Of a DNA stretch of 64,000 nucleotides, positions 17,639-27,175 are shown one piece after another. How positions within the stretch are numbered: the first letter of the stretch is position 1; the number at the start of each line of letters is the position of its first letter. The notes under the pieces were generated by a model. The model was given only the letters and a program-made list of their open reading frames with translations, ran no database searches and had not been told where the DNA came from. The stretch spans positions 138,455 through 202,454 of the forward strand of contig OZ246403.1 in NCBI GenBank assembly GCA_965230925.1. The letters run 5' to 3'. The position numbers and the translations under genes are program-made. Origin of the DNA: an uncultured Candidatus Saccharibacteria bacterium. Lineage in GTDB: Bacteria; Patescibacteriota; Minisyncoccia; Phycocordibacterales; JACOZG01.

Positions 17639-18656
17639 TATCGGGATTGATCTCGGTACCGCCAACACTCTCGTGTATCTCAAGGGACACGGGATTGTGA
17701 TTAATGAACCGTCAATCGTCGCGCTTAATCAGAAAACGGGCCAACTCGTGGCCATCGGCAATGACGCCAAACAAATGGTGGGCCGCACGCCAAACCACAT
17801 CATGATCGCGCGGCCGCTCACCGACGGCGTGATCTCGAACTTCGAAGTAACGGAAGAAATGTTAGCCTACTTCCTACGCAAGGTGGCCAAGCTCGAGCCG
17901 CGCAAGTTCTTGCGCCCGCGCGTGGTAATTGGCGTCCCGTCTGGAATTACGAACGTGGAAATTCGCGCCGTCCGTGACGCCGCCGTGAGCGCGGGCGCGG
18001 GGGAAGTGCATACCATCGAGGAACCGGTGGCCGCGGCCATTGGTATTCGTTTACCAATCAATGATCCTGTCGGCAGCATGGTCATCGATATCGGCGGTGG
18101 AACTACCGACATTGCCGTCATCTCCCTCGGCGGCATTGTGCAAACGAAAAACCTAAGAATCGCTGGCGATAAACTTAATCAAGATATTATCAATTACATC
18201 CGAGATGAATTTAAAATTTTGCTCGGGGAGAAAACAGCGGAGGATGTGAAAATGGCAATCGGCGCCGTAACCAAACAACCAGAACCCTTGGAGGCCATGA
18301 TCCGCGGCCGCGACCTGGTGACCGGTCTACCAAAAGAAGTGGCGATTACTGATGCCGACATTATGGAAGCCATCGGGCCCTCAGTCGCACTTATCATGGA
18401 GGGGATTAAAGAGGTACTCGAGACCACGCCGCCAGAAGTAGTGTCCGACATTATGCATAAAGGAATTGTTTTTGTGGGTGGCGGATCACTTCTCCAAGGC
18501 CTCATTGATCTCGCGGAAAAGGAACTCAAAATTCCCGTTCATCTCGCGCCTGATCCGCTCACGGCCGTGGTTCGCGGCACTGGTTTAATTTTAGAAGATG
18601 TAGACACATATCGAAACGTTTTACTCGATGACGACAACAGCGTATCAGCGCAATAA
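17604..18656 (+). CDS. mreB: MreB (copy 2), first gene of mreBCD-PBP2 operon
   Basis: MWKKFYELFRNDIGIDLGTANTLVY matches the full-length MreB N-terminus; overlaps the proS 3' end by 35 nt. Confidence 0.85.
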   Translation: MWKKFYELFRNDIGIDLGTANTLVYLKGHGIVINEPSIVALNQKTGQLVAIGNDAKQMVGRTPNHIMIARPLTDGVISNFEVTEEMLAYFLRKVAKLEPRKFLRPRVVIGVPSGITNVEIRAVRDAAVSAGAGEVHTIEEPVAAAIGIRLPINDPVGSMVIDIGGGTTDIAVISLGGIVQTKNLRIAGDKLNQDIINYIRDEFKILLGEKTAEDVKMAIGAVTKQPEPLEAMIRGRDLVTGLPKEVAITDADIMEAIGPSVALIMEGIKEVLETTPPEVVSDIMHKGIVFVGGGSLLQGLIDLAEKELKIPVHLAPDPLTAVVRGTGLILEDVDTYRNVLLDDDNSVSAQ

Positions 18657-19443
18657 GGAAAGCTCGAATCGGCGGCGAAAAATCTTTTTCGCTATCGGCA
18701 CGGTGATAATTCTCATTCTCCTCGCTACCACTGCGCTCGGCACCTGGGCAAGTCGAGCGGCCACCGTGGCAACCCGACCAGTCTGGAGCGCTGGCGGCTT
18801 CTTCGGCCGTGAGATCGATGCTCTTATTGCTATTCTTTCCAGTAAAGTCCGTCTCGCTGAGGAAAATGAAACCTGGCGAACGGAAGTAGCGCGAGCGAGA
18901 GTCGCGCTTATTGGTCAAAATGCTTTACGCGCCGAGAATGAAGAACTTCGGGCTATCCTTGGACGCACAGGAACAAGCACGGCGCCCTTCTATGGTCGCG
19001 TTCTCAGCAAGCCCAATCAATCACCCTACGATATTCTCTTTGTTGATCTCGGCGCGGAAAATACTAACCGTCTCTTCAGGGCGGGTGATCGAGTAATGAC
19101 CAGCGAAGAATTGATTGTAGGTGAGGTCGCCGCGGTATATGGGAAAACGGCAAAAATTCGTCTCTTCTCAAGCCCTGGGGTCGAGCGACCAGTGCTTGTG
19201 GGCGAGAATGAAATTGCCTCGCTCTCGCATGGACAAGGCGGTGGCAACTTCTCGGTCAACTTGCCGCGTAGTCTGGAAGTAAAAGAAGGCGACCCGGTAA
19301 AAACAAATTTTAATGGCGAACTTTTCCTGATGGGTATTGTCACTAGACGGAAGAGCGACCCGAGCGACGCCTTCCAAGAAGTTAGCTTCAAGAATCCAGC
19401 CAATATCTACGAACTTAAGTCGGTCGAGATTTATCATGATTAA
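18628..19443 (+). CDS. mreC: rod shape-determining protein MreC
   Basis: N-terminal TM, coiled-coil, beta-rich C-terminal MreC domain. Confidence 0.8.
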   Translation: MTTTAYQRNKESSNRRRKIFFAIGTVIILILLATTALGTWASRAATVATRPVWSAGGFFGREIDALIAILSSKVRLAEENETWRTEVARARVALIGQNALRAENEELRAILGRTGTSTAPFYGRVLSKPNQSPYDILFVDLGAENTNRLFRAGDRVMTSEELIVGEVAAVYGKTAKIRLFSSPGVERPVLVGENEIASLSHGQGGGNFSVNLPRSLEVKEGDPVKTNFNGELFLMGIVTRRKSDPSDAFQEVSFKNPANIYELKSVEIYHD

Positions 19444-19711
19444 CCTCGACTGGAAACTTGTTCTCGCCTTGCTTCTTTCCATCATCTTTTTCCCGTGGTG
19501 GCTCAATCTTCTCTGCATGATCGTCTTGGCCTTGCTTCTGGAAAACAAGTGGTGGCTTTTGCCTTTCACTGTGCTCTGGGACATGATGTACGAGGATCCG
19601 AATGCGGCCTGGTTTTCGCGCTTCGGCCTCACCATTCTCACCCTGGTGATCATCTTGGGAGTTAACTATATATATGAAAACGTATCTTTCCCCGGACGAA
19701 ATCTTTCTTGA
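19436..19711 (+). CDS. mreD: MreD-like small membrane protein
   Basis: ATG overlapping the mreC stop (ATGATTAA); 91-aa hydrophobic protein in the canonical mreD position. The listed ORF starts at 19337 inside mreC. Confidence 0.45.
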   Translation: MINLDWKLVLALLLSIIFFPWWLNLLCMIVLALLLENKWWLLPFTVLWDMMYEDPNAAWFSRFGLTILTLVIILGVNYIYENVSFPGRNLS

Positions 19712-21329
19712 TTCGAGCAATCTCCCAGAGTTCAACACTCAGCAACTAGAGGGGCGCCTAGAGCGACCTATTAGTCGTAAGGCGCTCTACTTCTTCGGCC
19801 TTGTCTTTGGACTTGTTTGCTTGGCTTTCACCGTGCAGGCTGGGCGGCTAGAGATTAACCAGGGCGCCACCTTCGCCGAGCGAAGTAAAAATAATACCCT
19901 CAGACAAATTACCGTCTTCGCCGAGCGTGGAGTGGTATACGACAGAAATGGTGAAGAATTAGCCTGGAATGATCCTGGGCGCGTCTATCGGCCGGGCGAA
20001 GCTACCGCGCATGTGCTTGGCTACGTAAGTTATCCAAATCAAAAAGAGCTCGAAACTGGTTATCACCCACAAGACTTCATTGGCCGAGCGGGAGTAGAAA
20101 ATATTTATAATGAATGGCTAGCTGGCACACCGGGCAAGAAGATCGAGGAAGTAAATGTTCATGGTGAAATTTATTCCGACCATCTCTACCAAGAACCAGA
20201 GAACGGCGAGGATCTGACTCTCTCACTTGATGTCCGCCTGCAAGAAAAATTATTTGACCTAATTAAAACAACGGTTCACGAGCGCGGCTTCCACGGCGGA
20301 GCGGGGATTATTATGGACGTGGAAACTGGAGAACTCGTTAGTCTCACAAGCTATCCGGCCTATGACCCGAGCATAATGTCGACTGGTAAAGACGCCGCAA
20401 AAATTAAAGAATATCTAACTACCCCAAACAAACCATTTCTCAATCGCGCCGCGGCCGGACTATATCCACCCGGTTCAACCATTAAACCCATTATGGCTCT
20501 CGGCGCGCTCAGTGAGGGAATCATTACTCCAGAGAAAGAAATTCTCAGTACTGGCGCCCTCATTCTGCCAAATCCCTACAATCCCGATTTGCCTTCGGTC
20601 TTCAAAGACTGGAAGGCTCATGGCTGGGTAAACATGCGACGCGCTTTGGCTATTTCTTCCGACGTCTATTTCTATCAAATTGGTGGTGGCTTCGAGAGCC
20701 AGAAAGGTCTCGGAATTCAAAATATTAATAAATACGCCAAACTCTTCCATCTCGCTGAAGCAACGGGCTTCCCGCTTGAAGGTAATGATCCGGGGGTTAT
20801 TCCAAGTCCAGAGTGGAAAGAAAAAGTTTTCGGTGAGCCGTGGCGGGTGGGCAATACTTACCATACGGCAATTGGCCAATATGGCTTCCAAATCACACCG
20901 CTTCAGCTCGTGCGAGCCATTGGCGCCATTGCGACCAGTGGGAAATTAGTTACACCAACGCTCGCAAAAGGTGGCGGCTTGAGCAACAAATCTGAGCAAA
21001 TCAATCTTGATCCGGCCGACTTTCAAATTGTAAAAGATGGTATGCGGGCGGCGGTTACCGAGGGCACAGCTTCAGGCTTAAGCATTCCGCAAGTCCAAAT
21101 TGCGGCCAAAACCGGAACCGCTGAAATTGGCTCGACAAAAAAGGAAACTAACTCGTGGATCACCGGCTTTTTCCCATATCAGAAACCACGCTACGCCTTC
21201 GTTGTTCTTCTCGAGCGGGGACCAAGTACAAATCTTATTGGTGGTGTCTTCGTAATGCGCCAATTCCTCGATTGGCTCAAGGTTGAAGCCCCAGAATATA
21301 TCAGGTTGACTCAAGGACCCCAAATCTAG
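19674..21329 (+). CDS. mrdA: penicillin-binding protein 2 (elongasome transpeptidase)
   Basis: N-terminal TM, PBP dimerisation domain, transpeptidase motifs STIK, SSD, KTGTA. Confidence 0.85.
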   Translation: MKTYLSPDEIFLDSSNLPEFNTQQLEGRLERPISRKALYFFGLVFGLVCLAFTVQAGRLEINQGATFAERSKNNTLRQITVFAERGVVYDRNGEELAWNDPGRVYRPGEATAHVLGYVSYPNQKELETGYHPQDFIGRAGVENIYNEWLAGTPGKKIEEVNVHGEIYSDHLYQEPENGEDLTLSLDVRLQEKLFDLIKTTVHERGFHGGAGIIMDVETGELVSLTSYPAYDPSIMSTGKDAAKIKEYLTTPNKPFLNRAAAGLYPPGSTIKPIMALGALSEGIITPEKEILSTGALILPNPYNPDLPSVFKDWKAHGWVNMRRALAISSDVYFYQIGGGFESQKGLGIQNINKYAKLFHLAEATGFPLEGNDPGVIPSPEWKEKVFGEPWRVGNTYHTAIGQYGFQITPLQLVRAIGAIATSGKLVTPTLAKGGGLSNKSEQINLDPADFQIVKDGMRAAVTEGTASGLSIPQVQIAAKTGTAEIGSTKKETNSWITGFFPYQKPRYAFVVLLERGPSTNLIGGVFVMRQFLDWLKVEAPEYIRLTQGPQI

Positions 21330-21333
21330 TAAA

Positions 21334-21810
21334 ATGCCCGCGATGAACAAAGACAAGGATTACTTATCGAAGGAGAAATTTACTGAGCTTGAGAAAGAGC
21401 TCGAGGACCTTAAAACCACTAAACGCAAGGCTGTGGCCGAGCGCCTTGACTTTGCCAAGTCGATGGGTGATCTCTCCGAGAACGCTGAGTACCACGCCGC
21501 GCGTGATGAACAAGCCGAGATCGAAACACGGATTGCTCAAGTGGAAATAATTCTAAAAAGCGCCACCATTGTTACCGAACATCACAGCGTGAAGGTTGAG
21601 GTCGGTTCTACAATTCTGGTAAAGAAAGATGGCGCCAGAGAAGAACTGCAACTGACTATCGTTGGTTCTGAAGAAGCTGATATTAAGAAAGGGAAAATCT
21701 CTTACCAGTCGCCGCTTGGTGAGGCGCTTCTTGGCAAGAAAGCTGGGGACACCGTGGCCGTAAGCACGCCCAAAGGAGACATTTCCTACGAAATTGTTAA
21801 AATCAATTAA
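21334..21810 (+). CDS. greA: transcription elongation factor GreA
   Basis: GreA coiled-coil plus FKBP-like C-domain; acidic tip motif DLSENAEY. Confidence 0.9.
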   Translation: MPAMNKDKDYLSKEKFTELEKELEDLKTTKRKAVAERLDFAKSMGDLSENAEYHAARDEQAEIETRIAQVEIILKSATIVTEHHSVKVEVGSTILVKKDGAREELQLTIVGSEEADIKKGKISYQSPLGEALLGKKAGDTVAVSTPKGDISYEIVKIN

Positions 21811-23267
21811 TGGCGTCGATTGAAGAATTGCGCGCGGCGCGACTCGCAAAATTAGAGAAATTAAAGGCGGCAGGACGCGAACCGTACCCGGCTCGCCTTG
21901 GGCGGGACTTTTCTCTGGCTGAAACGATAGCGAAATTTGCCGAGCTTGAGTCAGAAAAGAAAACGGTCACTCTCGTCGGGCGCGTGATGGCCTTGCGCGG
22001 GCAGGGTGGTTTAATCTTTCTCGACTTCACTGATGGGTCAGGGAGTCTGCAGGCCATGCTCAAGCTCGGCGATACGCCGGAAAACGAGTTTAATCTGTTT
22101 ACCGAAACCGTAGACATTGGCGACTTCATCTCTTTCACCGGAGAACTCTTCACCGCCAAGCGGGGAGAGAAAAGCATTCTCGTAAAAAGCTGGCACATGG
22201 GCTCGAAGTCGCTCTTGCCTTTACCCGAGAAGTGGCACGGCTTGCAAGATCCGGACGAGCGCTATCGCTTGCGCTACTTGGATCTCTTGATGACACCCGA
22301 ACTCCGCGCAACCTTCGAGCGTAAAGCGAAATTTTGGGATGCGACCCGTACCTATCTTAAAACCCGCGGCTTCCTCGAGGTAGAAACGCCAACCCTCGAG
22401 CTCACCACCGGCGGTGCTGAGGCGAGACCGTTTAAAACTCACCACAATGACTTTGATCTCGATGTTTATTTGAGAATTTCTGTAGGGGAATTGTGGCAAA
22501 AGCGCTTGATGGCCGCGGGAATTCCGCGCACCTTCGAGATCGGCCGCGTCTTCCGCAATGAAGGCACCAGCGCCGAACACTTGCAGGAATTCACCAATAT
22601 GGAATTCTACGCGGCGTACATGGACTTTGCCGACGGAAAAAAGTTAATTCGCGATTTGTATATTACGCTCGCCCAAGAAGTCTTCGGCAAAACAAATTTT
22701 GAACACAAGGGTCACCAGTTCGACCTCGCGAGCGAGTGGCCAGATATTGATTATGTTTCGACGATTGAGAAAAATACGGGCGTGAATGTGCTCGAGGCTA
22801 CCGAAGTCGAGCTGGAGAACAAACTCAAAGAACTTGGGGTAGAATACACCGGGAAAACTCGCGAGCGCCTTACTGATTCGCTCTGGAAGCATTGCCGCAA
22901 ACAAATTGCCGGGCCAGCTTTCCTCGTTGGTCATCCCAAAATGGTGGCACCGCTCTCGAAGGTGAGAGAGGATGATCCGCGCCTGACCTACACCACGCAA
23001 GTCATTATCGCCGGGACCGAGATTGGTCGCGCGCACGCTGAACTTAATGATCCGCTCGACCAACGCACCCGGTTCGAAGAACAAGCCAAACTCATTGAAC
23101 GCGGGGATGAAGAAGCAATGATGCCTGACTTCGAATTTGTTGAGATGCTCGAGCACGGCATGCCGCCGACCTTCGGCTTCGGCTTCGGCGAACGCCTCTT
23201 CGCCACCCTCGAAGGCAAACCTATCCGCGAGACGCAACTATTTCCGCTGTTGAGGCCCAAAAAATAA
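21810..23267 (+). CDS. lysS: lysyl-tRNA synthetase (class II)
   Basis: OB-fold anticodon domain plus class II motifs (FRNEG, GGAERL-like). Confidence 0.9.
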   Translation: MASIEELRAARLAKLEKLKAAGREPYPARLGRDFSLAETIAKFAELESEKKTVTLVGRVMALRGQGGLIFLDFTDGSGSLQAMLKLGDTPENEFNLFTETVDIGDFISFTGELFTAKRGEKSILVKSWHMGSKSLLPLPEKWHGLQDPDERYRLRYLDLLMTPELRATFERKAKFWDATRTYLKTRGFLEVETPTLELTTGGAEARPFKTHHNDFDLDVYLRISVGELWQKRLMAAGIPRTFEIGRVFRNEGTSAEHLQEFTNMEFYAAYMDFADGKKLIRDLYITLAQEVFGKTNFEHKGHQFDLASEWPDIDYVSTIEKNTGVNVLEATEVELENKLKELGVEYTGKTRERLTDSLWKHCRKQIAGPAFLVGHPKMVAPLSKVREDDPRLTYTTQVIIAGTEIGRAHAELNDPLDQRTRFEEQAKLIERGDEEAMMPDFEFVEMLEHGMPPTFGFGFGERLFATLEGKPIRETQLFPLLRPKK

Positions 23268-23281
23268 TTTTAAAAAGTGGA

Positions 23282-23315
23282 AACCCGTCACGTGACAGTG
23301 ACGGGTTATTTGATT
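23282..23315. terminator. bidirectional hairpin terminator between lysS and the minus-strand ORF
   Basis: aacccgtcac-gtgaca-gtgacgggtt flanked by A-run and T-run. Confidence 0.6.
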
Positions 23316-23656
23316 GTGGCCCCACATTCGGTGCAGGCTCCGGAAACGTTACCAGTGAGACTGTAGCCGCACTTTAGGCATAAACCACTTACCTCCCGAT
23401 AATATGCCTCATATCTCTTAAAATCACGCCTTTTCATAAATGCACGGACGACAAAGGAAGCTGTCATAGCAAGACCAAAAGAGACAGCAAGAAAGGCATT
23501 TTTACGCGGGACATTCCCACCCAGAAAGCGACAGCTAATGAAAACACTTAAAAACATGAAAAACGTCGAGGTGGCTATACACATAGCCATATCAAACCGA
23601 ATCCACCAAAGATGGGTCTTAAACTGTTTTATCGTGTTATCCCTAAAACTCTTCAT
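23306..23656 (-). CDS. small membrane protein with C-terminal zinc ribbon
   Basis: Two TM helices and CLKCGYS...CTECG. Confidence 0.45.
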   Translation of the reverse strand: MKSFRDNTIKQFKTHLWWIRFDMAMCIATSTFFMFLSVFISCRFLGGNVPRKNAFLAVSFGLAMTASFVVRAFMKRRDFKRYEAYYREVSGLCLKCGYSLTGNVSGACTECGATIK

Positions 23657-23765
23657 TATTGACCTCCTTTCTGGTCAAAGAACCATCAACATCATACCCA
23701 ATAACAGTTTTCTGTCAACCTTGCTGAAAACTCACTTTCGAGACGTAAGTTATCCACTTTGGCGA

Positions 23766-23811
23766 GTGGGGAATAGTGGGATATACTTTCAGCCAAGTGG
23801 GATAAAGTGGG
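23766..23811 (+). promoter_or_regulatory. four GTGGG direct repeats (10-bp phased pairs) upstream of mraZ, candidate MraZ operator
   Basis: GTGGG at 23766, 23776, 23797 and 23807. MraZ is known to bind TGGGN direct repeats with 10-bp spacing in its own promoter. Confidence 0.55.
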
Positions 23812-23823
23812 AAATAAAAAATC

Positions 23824-24258
23824 ATGCTAATTGGCGAGTACCGACACACGATTGATGACAAGAAACGCCTCGCCATTCCCGCCAAGTTCCGCAAGGAGAT
23901 CGGCAAGAAGGTGGTAATCACCAACGGTCTCGATAATTGTTTGTTCCTTTACACCATGAAAGAGTGGGAGAGTGTGGCCGGTAAGCTCGGTGGCCTCGCC
24001 ATGGGTCAAGCTGATAGCCGCGGCTTCAATCGCTTTATGCTCGCGGGCGCGGTGGATACCGAAGTGGATGAACTCGGTCGCGTCTTGATCCCAGATTTCT
24101 TGCGCGAATTTGCTTGCCTCAAAACCAAGGTGGTTATCACGGGCGTGCACAACAGGCTCGAAATTTGGGATGAGAAACGCTGGACCGATTACAAAGCGCG
24201 CGTGGCGAGTCAAGCCGATCGCTTGGCCGAGAAGTTGGGCGAGATTGGTGTCTTCTAG
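23824..24258 (+). CDS. mraZ: transcriptional regulator MraZ
   Basis: Duplicated SpoVT/AbrB-like MraZ domains. Confidence 0.9.
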   Translation: MLIGEYRHTIDDKKRLAIPAKFRKEIGKKVVITNGLDNCLFLYTMKEWESVAGKLGGLAMGQADSRGFNRFMLAGAVDTEVDELGRVLIPDFLREFACLKTKVVITGVHNRLEIWDEKRWTDYKARVASQADRLAEKLGEIGVF

Positions 24259-24271
24259 ATTTATCCTGGGG

Positions 24272-25153
24272 ATGAAAATTCTGCATCAACCAGTTTTGCT
24301 CCAAGAAACGCTCGCGGCACTAGCGCCTAAGCCTGGCGATGTGATCGTGGACGGTACAGCCGGGAGCGCGGGGCATAGTGTTGAGATTGGGAAGGCTCTC
24401 GGCGAGAGCGGCCGCTTGATTCTCATTGACGCTGACCAAGCGGCACTTGAGCGAAGTAAAGCCAGACTCACAGACGCGAAATGTAAGCTTGATCTCGTTC
24501 ACGATAATTTCCGGAATTTAAATCAAATTTTGGAAAAACTTGGAGTGAATGAAATTAATAGTTTACTCCTCGACCTCGGTTTCAGCTCAGAAGAGATCGA
24601 GATCTCTGGTAGGGGATTTTCTTTCCAGAAAGACGAGCCTTTACTCATGACGCTTGCTAACAATCCTGGACCAGATGATCTTACCGCAGAAAAAATAGTA
24701 AACGAGTGGCCAGAAGAAGAGCTGGCGAATCTCATTTACGAATACGGTGAGGAGCGAAATTCGCGGAAGATTGCCAAGGCTATTGTTGAGGCGCGGCACA
24801 AGACAAGAATCACTCGCACAAGTGATCTAGTCCAGATCATCGAGAGCGTGGTGCCACGCCGCGGTCGCCTCCATCCAGCTACTAAGACCTTCCAAGCCTT
24901 ACGTGTTGCGGTCAATGACGAGCTCGGCGCTCTCCGCGAGACACTCAAAGCCGGTTGGTCACACCTAGCGCCTGGTGGCACTATCGCCGTAATCACCTTC
25001 CAGGGGCTCGAAGGCAAGATCTTTAAAGAATTTGGTAAATCGCTCAAGCAAAATAGCGAAGTGACACTAAAGAAGATCGCTCCCACTCGATCAGAAATTT
25101 TACAAAATCCTCGTTCCCGCAGCGCGCAGTTACGTTTAATTAAAAAAACATGA
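24272..25153 (+). CDS. rsmH: 16S rRNA (cytosine1402-N4)-methyltransferase RsmH
   Basis: MKILHQPVLL..DGTAGSAGHS SAM-binding motif. The listed ORF (24110) has an N-terminal extension overlapping mraZ; ATG at 24272 preferred. Confidence 0.9.
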   Translation: MKILHQPVLLQETLAALAPKPGDVIVDGTAGSAGHSVEIGKALGESGRLILIDADQAALERSKARLTDAKCKLDLVHDNFRNLNQILEKLGVNEINSLLLDLGFSSEEIEISGRGFSFQKDEPLLMTLANNPGPDDLTAEKIVNEWPEEELANLIYEYGEERNSRKIAKAIVEARHKTRITRTSDLVQIIESVVPRRGRLHPATKTFQALRVAVNDELGALRETLKAGWSHLAPGGTIAVITFQGLEGKIFKEFGKSLKQNSEVTLKKIAPTRSEILQNPRSRSAQLRLIKKT

Positions 25154-25470
25154 TGGCAAAAAAATTTTATTGGTATAGCTTACTCATGACCAACTTGGTC
25201 TTGGTTTTTGCCTATCTCTACTTGGTCAATCAAGTGGTTTTAAATATTGCGGAGAAGGAAAATTTGGAACGAGAAAGCAGCTCGCTGGTGGCCACCGTGG
25301 CCAAGCTCGAGTCTCGGCGGACCGAGCTCTCGCGGCAGTTCACCATCGACTTTGCCTACTCGCTCGGCTTTGAGGATGCGGCCGGGCGAACCCTCTTTGC
25401 TCGTCGCGACAATAATCCTAGTTTGTTCTCCTACGTCGAGAACAACCTCACGCTCGAGAATGGATTCTAA
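25150..25470 (+). CDS. ftsL: FtsL-like cell division protein (single TM + coiled coil)
   Basis: Position between rsmH and ftsI; TM then heptad-like leucine repeats. Confidence 0.5.
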   Translation: MMAKKFYWYSLLMTNLVLVFAYLYLVNQVVLNIAEKENLERESSSLVATVAKLESRRTELSRQFTIDFAYSLGFEDAAGRTLFARRDNNPSLFSYVENNLTLENGF

Positions 25471-27172
25471 GGGACGAGGACGGTTGCAATTAATCTCAGG
25501 TGTTATCTTTTTCTTTGCGGCCATTATTGTGGCCAAACTTTTTTTTGTTCAAGTTGTTCGCGGTGAATATTATCAAGAACTCTCTGATCGCCAGGCCGTG
25601 CCGCAACACAGCCTGTTTGATCGCGGAGACATCTTCTTTACCCGCAAGGATGGCACGCGCGCCGCGGCCGCCACAGTGCAAAATGGCTTCACTCTGGCGC
25701 TAAAGCCAGACAGCATTCCGTCTGGCACTGATCTGGAAAGTTTATACACCAAGATCAATGCCATCGTGCCACTTGATCGCGACAGTTTTCTCAAGAAAGC
25801 CCAAATGACCAATGACCCCTATGAGGCCCTCGCCGAGCGCCTCGACACCGCAACAGCGGAGAAAATTAAGATGCTCGAGCTTGAGGGTGTTGAGATCGCG
25901 AGTGAACGCTGGCGCTTCTACCCATCTAGTTCTCTGGCCTCTCATGTCATTGGCTTCATGGGTTATCAGGGTGATTACTTTGGCGGCCGGTACGGGCTTG
26001 AACGACAGTATGATAAAACACTAAGTCGCGAGGGAAATACGAGCTTTAGCAATTTCTTTGCTGAAGTTTTTTCTGGCATTAGCCGCACCTTTGCGGAAAA
26101 CAAGGAAGACCAAGAAGGGGATTTGGTCACGACCATTGAGCCGGAAGTTCAAAACTTTTTTGAAACTGAGCTCACGGCCCTTGCCGAGCGCTGGAGCACC
26201 AAGTCGGTGGGTGGCATCGTGATGGATCCGCAAACTGGGGAAATTGTGGCCATGGCGGCGCGACCCGACTTCGACCCCGGCAAACGCCAAGGTGACATTG
26301 CACCGCTCCCGAACCCGCTGGTGGAACGCGTGTTTGAAATGGGTTCAATTGTGAAGCCACTTACCATGGCGGCCGCCCTCGACGCTGGTGTGGTTACGCC
26401 CAGCACCACCTATGAGGATCGTGGCTCGGTGACCTTCAACCAAGCCACGCTCAAGAACTATGACGGCCGAGCGCACGGTCGCGTCTCGATGCAAGAGGTA
26501 CTCAATCTCTCGCTCAACACTGGTTCCGTTTTCGCTATGCAACAACTTGGCGGTGAGAAATTCAAAAATTATTTCCTTGGCTATCAACTTGGAGAATTAA
26601 CAGGAATTGATTTGCCAAATGAATCAAAAGGCCTGGTAAAAAATCTCCAAAGCGGTCGCGAAATTGATTATGCCACCGCTTCCTTCGGCCAAGGCATCGC
26701 CATGTCGCCCATCAACATCACCCGCGCGCTTGCCACGCTCGGTAATGGCGGCAAACTGGTGACACCTCATGTGGTCAAAGAATTATTGTATCGTCACGTT
26801 CCAGATAAAAAAACCGAGATTGATGCGCCTCGCTCGGTCTTAAAGCCCGAGACAAGTGAGACCATTACCAAAATGCTGGTGGAAGTGGTAGACAAGGCTC
26901 TCCTCGGCGGCACGGTGAAGCTCGAGCATTACCAAGTGGCGGCAAAAACGGGCACCGCGCAGATTGCTAAATCGGGCGGCGGTGGGTATTATGACGATCG
27001 CTTCTTGCACTCATTCTTTGGCTATTTCCCAGCTTCTAAGCCACGGTTTATCGTCTTTCTCTATGCCGAAGAGCCGCAAGGAGTAAATTATGCCGCCAAC
27101 ACCTTGACCGAACCATTTATGAACGTAAGCGAATTTCTTCTCAATTACTATAAAATTCCGCCCGATCGTTAA
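25460..27172 (+). CDS. ftsI: penicillin-binding protein (FtsI/PBP3-class transpeptidase)
   Basis: Start MDSKGRGRLQLISGVIFFFAAI (TM) preferred over the longer listed ORF; motifs SIVK, SLN, KTGTA. Confidence 0.8.
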   Translation: MDSKGRGRLQLISGVIFFFAAIIVAKLFFVQVVRGEYYQELSDRQAVPQHSLFDRGDIFFTRKDGTRAAAATVQNGFTLALKPDSIPSGTDLESLYTKINAIVPLDRDSFLKKAQMTNDPYEALAERLDTATAEKIKMLELEGVEIASERWRFYPSSSLASHVIGFMGYQGDYFGGRYGLERQYDKTLSREGNTSFSNFFAEVFSGISRTFAENKEDQEGDLVTTIEPEVQNFFETELTALAERWSTKSVGGIVMDPQTGEIVAMAARPDFDPGKRQGDIAPLPNPLVERVFEMGSIVKPLTMAAALDAGVVTPSTTYEDRGSVTFNQATLKNYDGRAHGRVSMQEVLNLSLNTGSVFAMQQLGGEKFKNYFLGYQLGELTGIDLPNESKGLVKNLQSGREIDYATASFGQGIAMSPINITRALATLGNGGKLVTPHVVKELLYRHVPDKKTEIDAPRSVLKPETSETITKMLVEVVDKALLGGTVKLEHYQVAAKTGTAQIAKSGGGGYYDDRFLHSFFGYFPASKPRFIVFLYAEEPQGVNYAANTLTEPFMNVSEFLLNYYKIPPDR

Positions 27173-27175
27173 ACC

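Noticed and set aside
15640-19653. Multiple 60-160-aa antisense ORFs inside rseP, mreB-2 and mreC (e.g. 15640-16053, 18194-18529, 19026-19653)
   Set aside because: All lie antisense within strongly supported genes, lack translation signals, and have low-complexity Ser/Arg/Pro-rich products.
23749-23756. DnaA-box-like TTATCCAC in mraZ upstream region
   Set aside because: Single isolated box with no cluster of boxes or AT-rich DUE, so not an origin.
24110-24271. N-terminal extension of the rsmH ORF overlapping mraZ
   Set aside because: The conserved RsmH N-terminus (MKILHQPVLL) begins at the ATG at 24272. The extension is in-frame read-through of mraZ's 3' region.
25247-25459. N-terminal extension of the ftsI ORF (Arg/Ser-rich)
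   Set aside because: Overlaps ftsL in another frame. The authentic PBP start with TM helix is at 25460.
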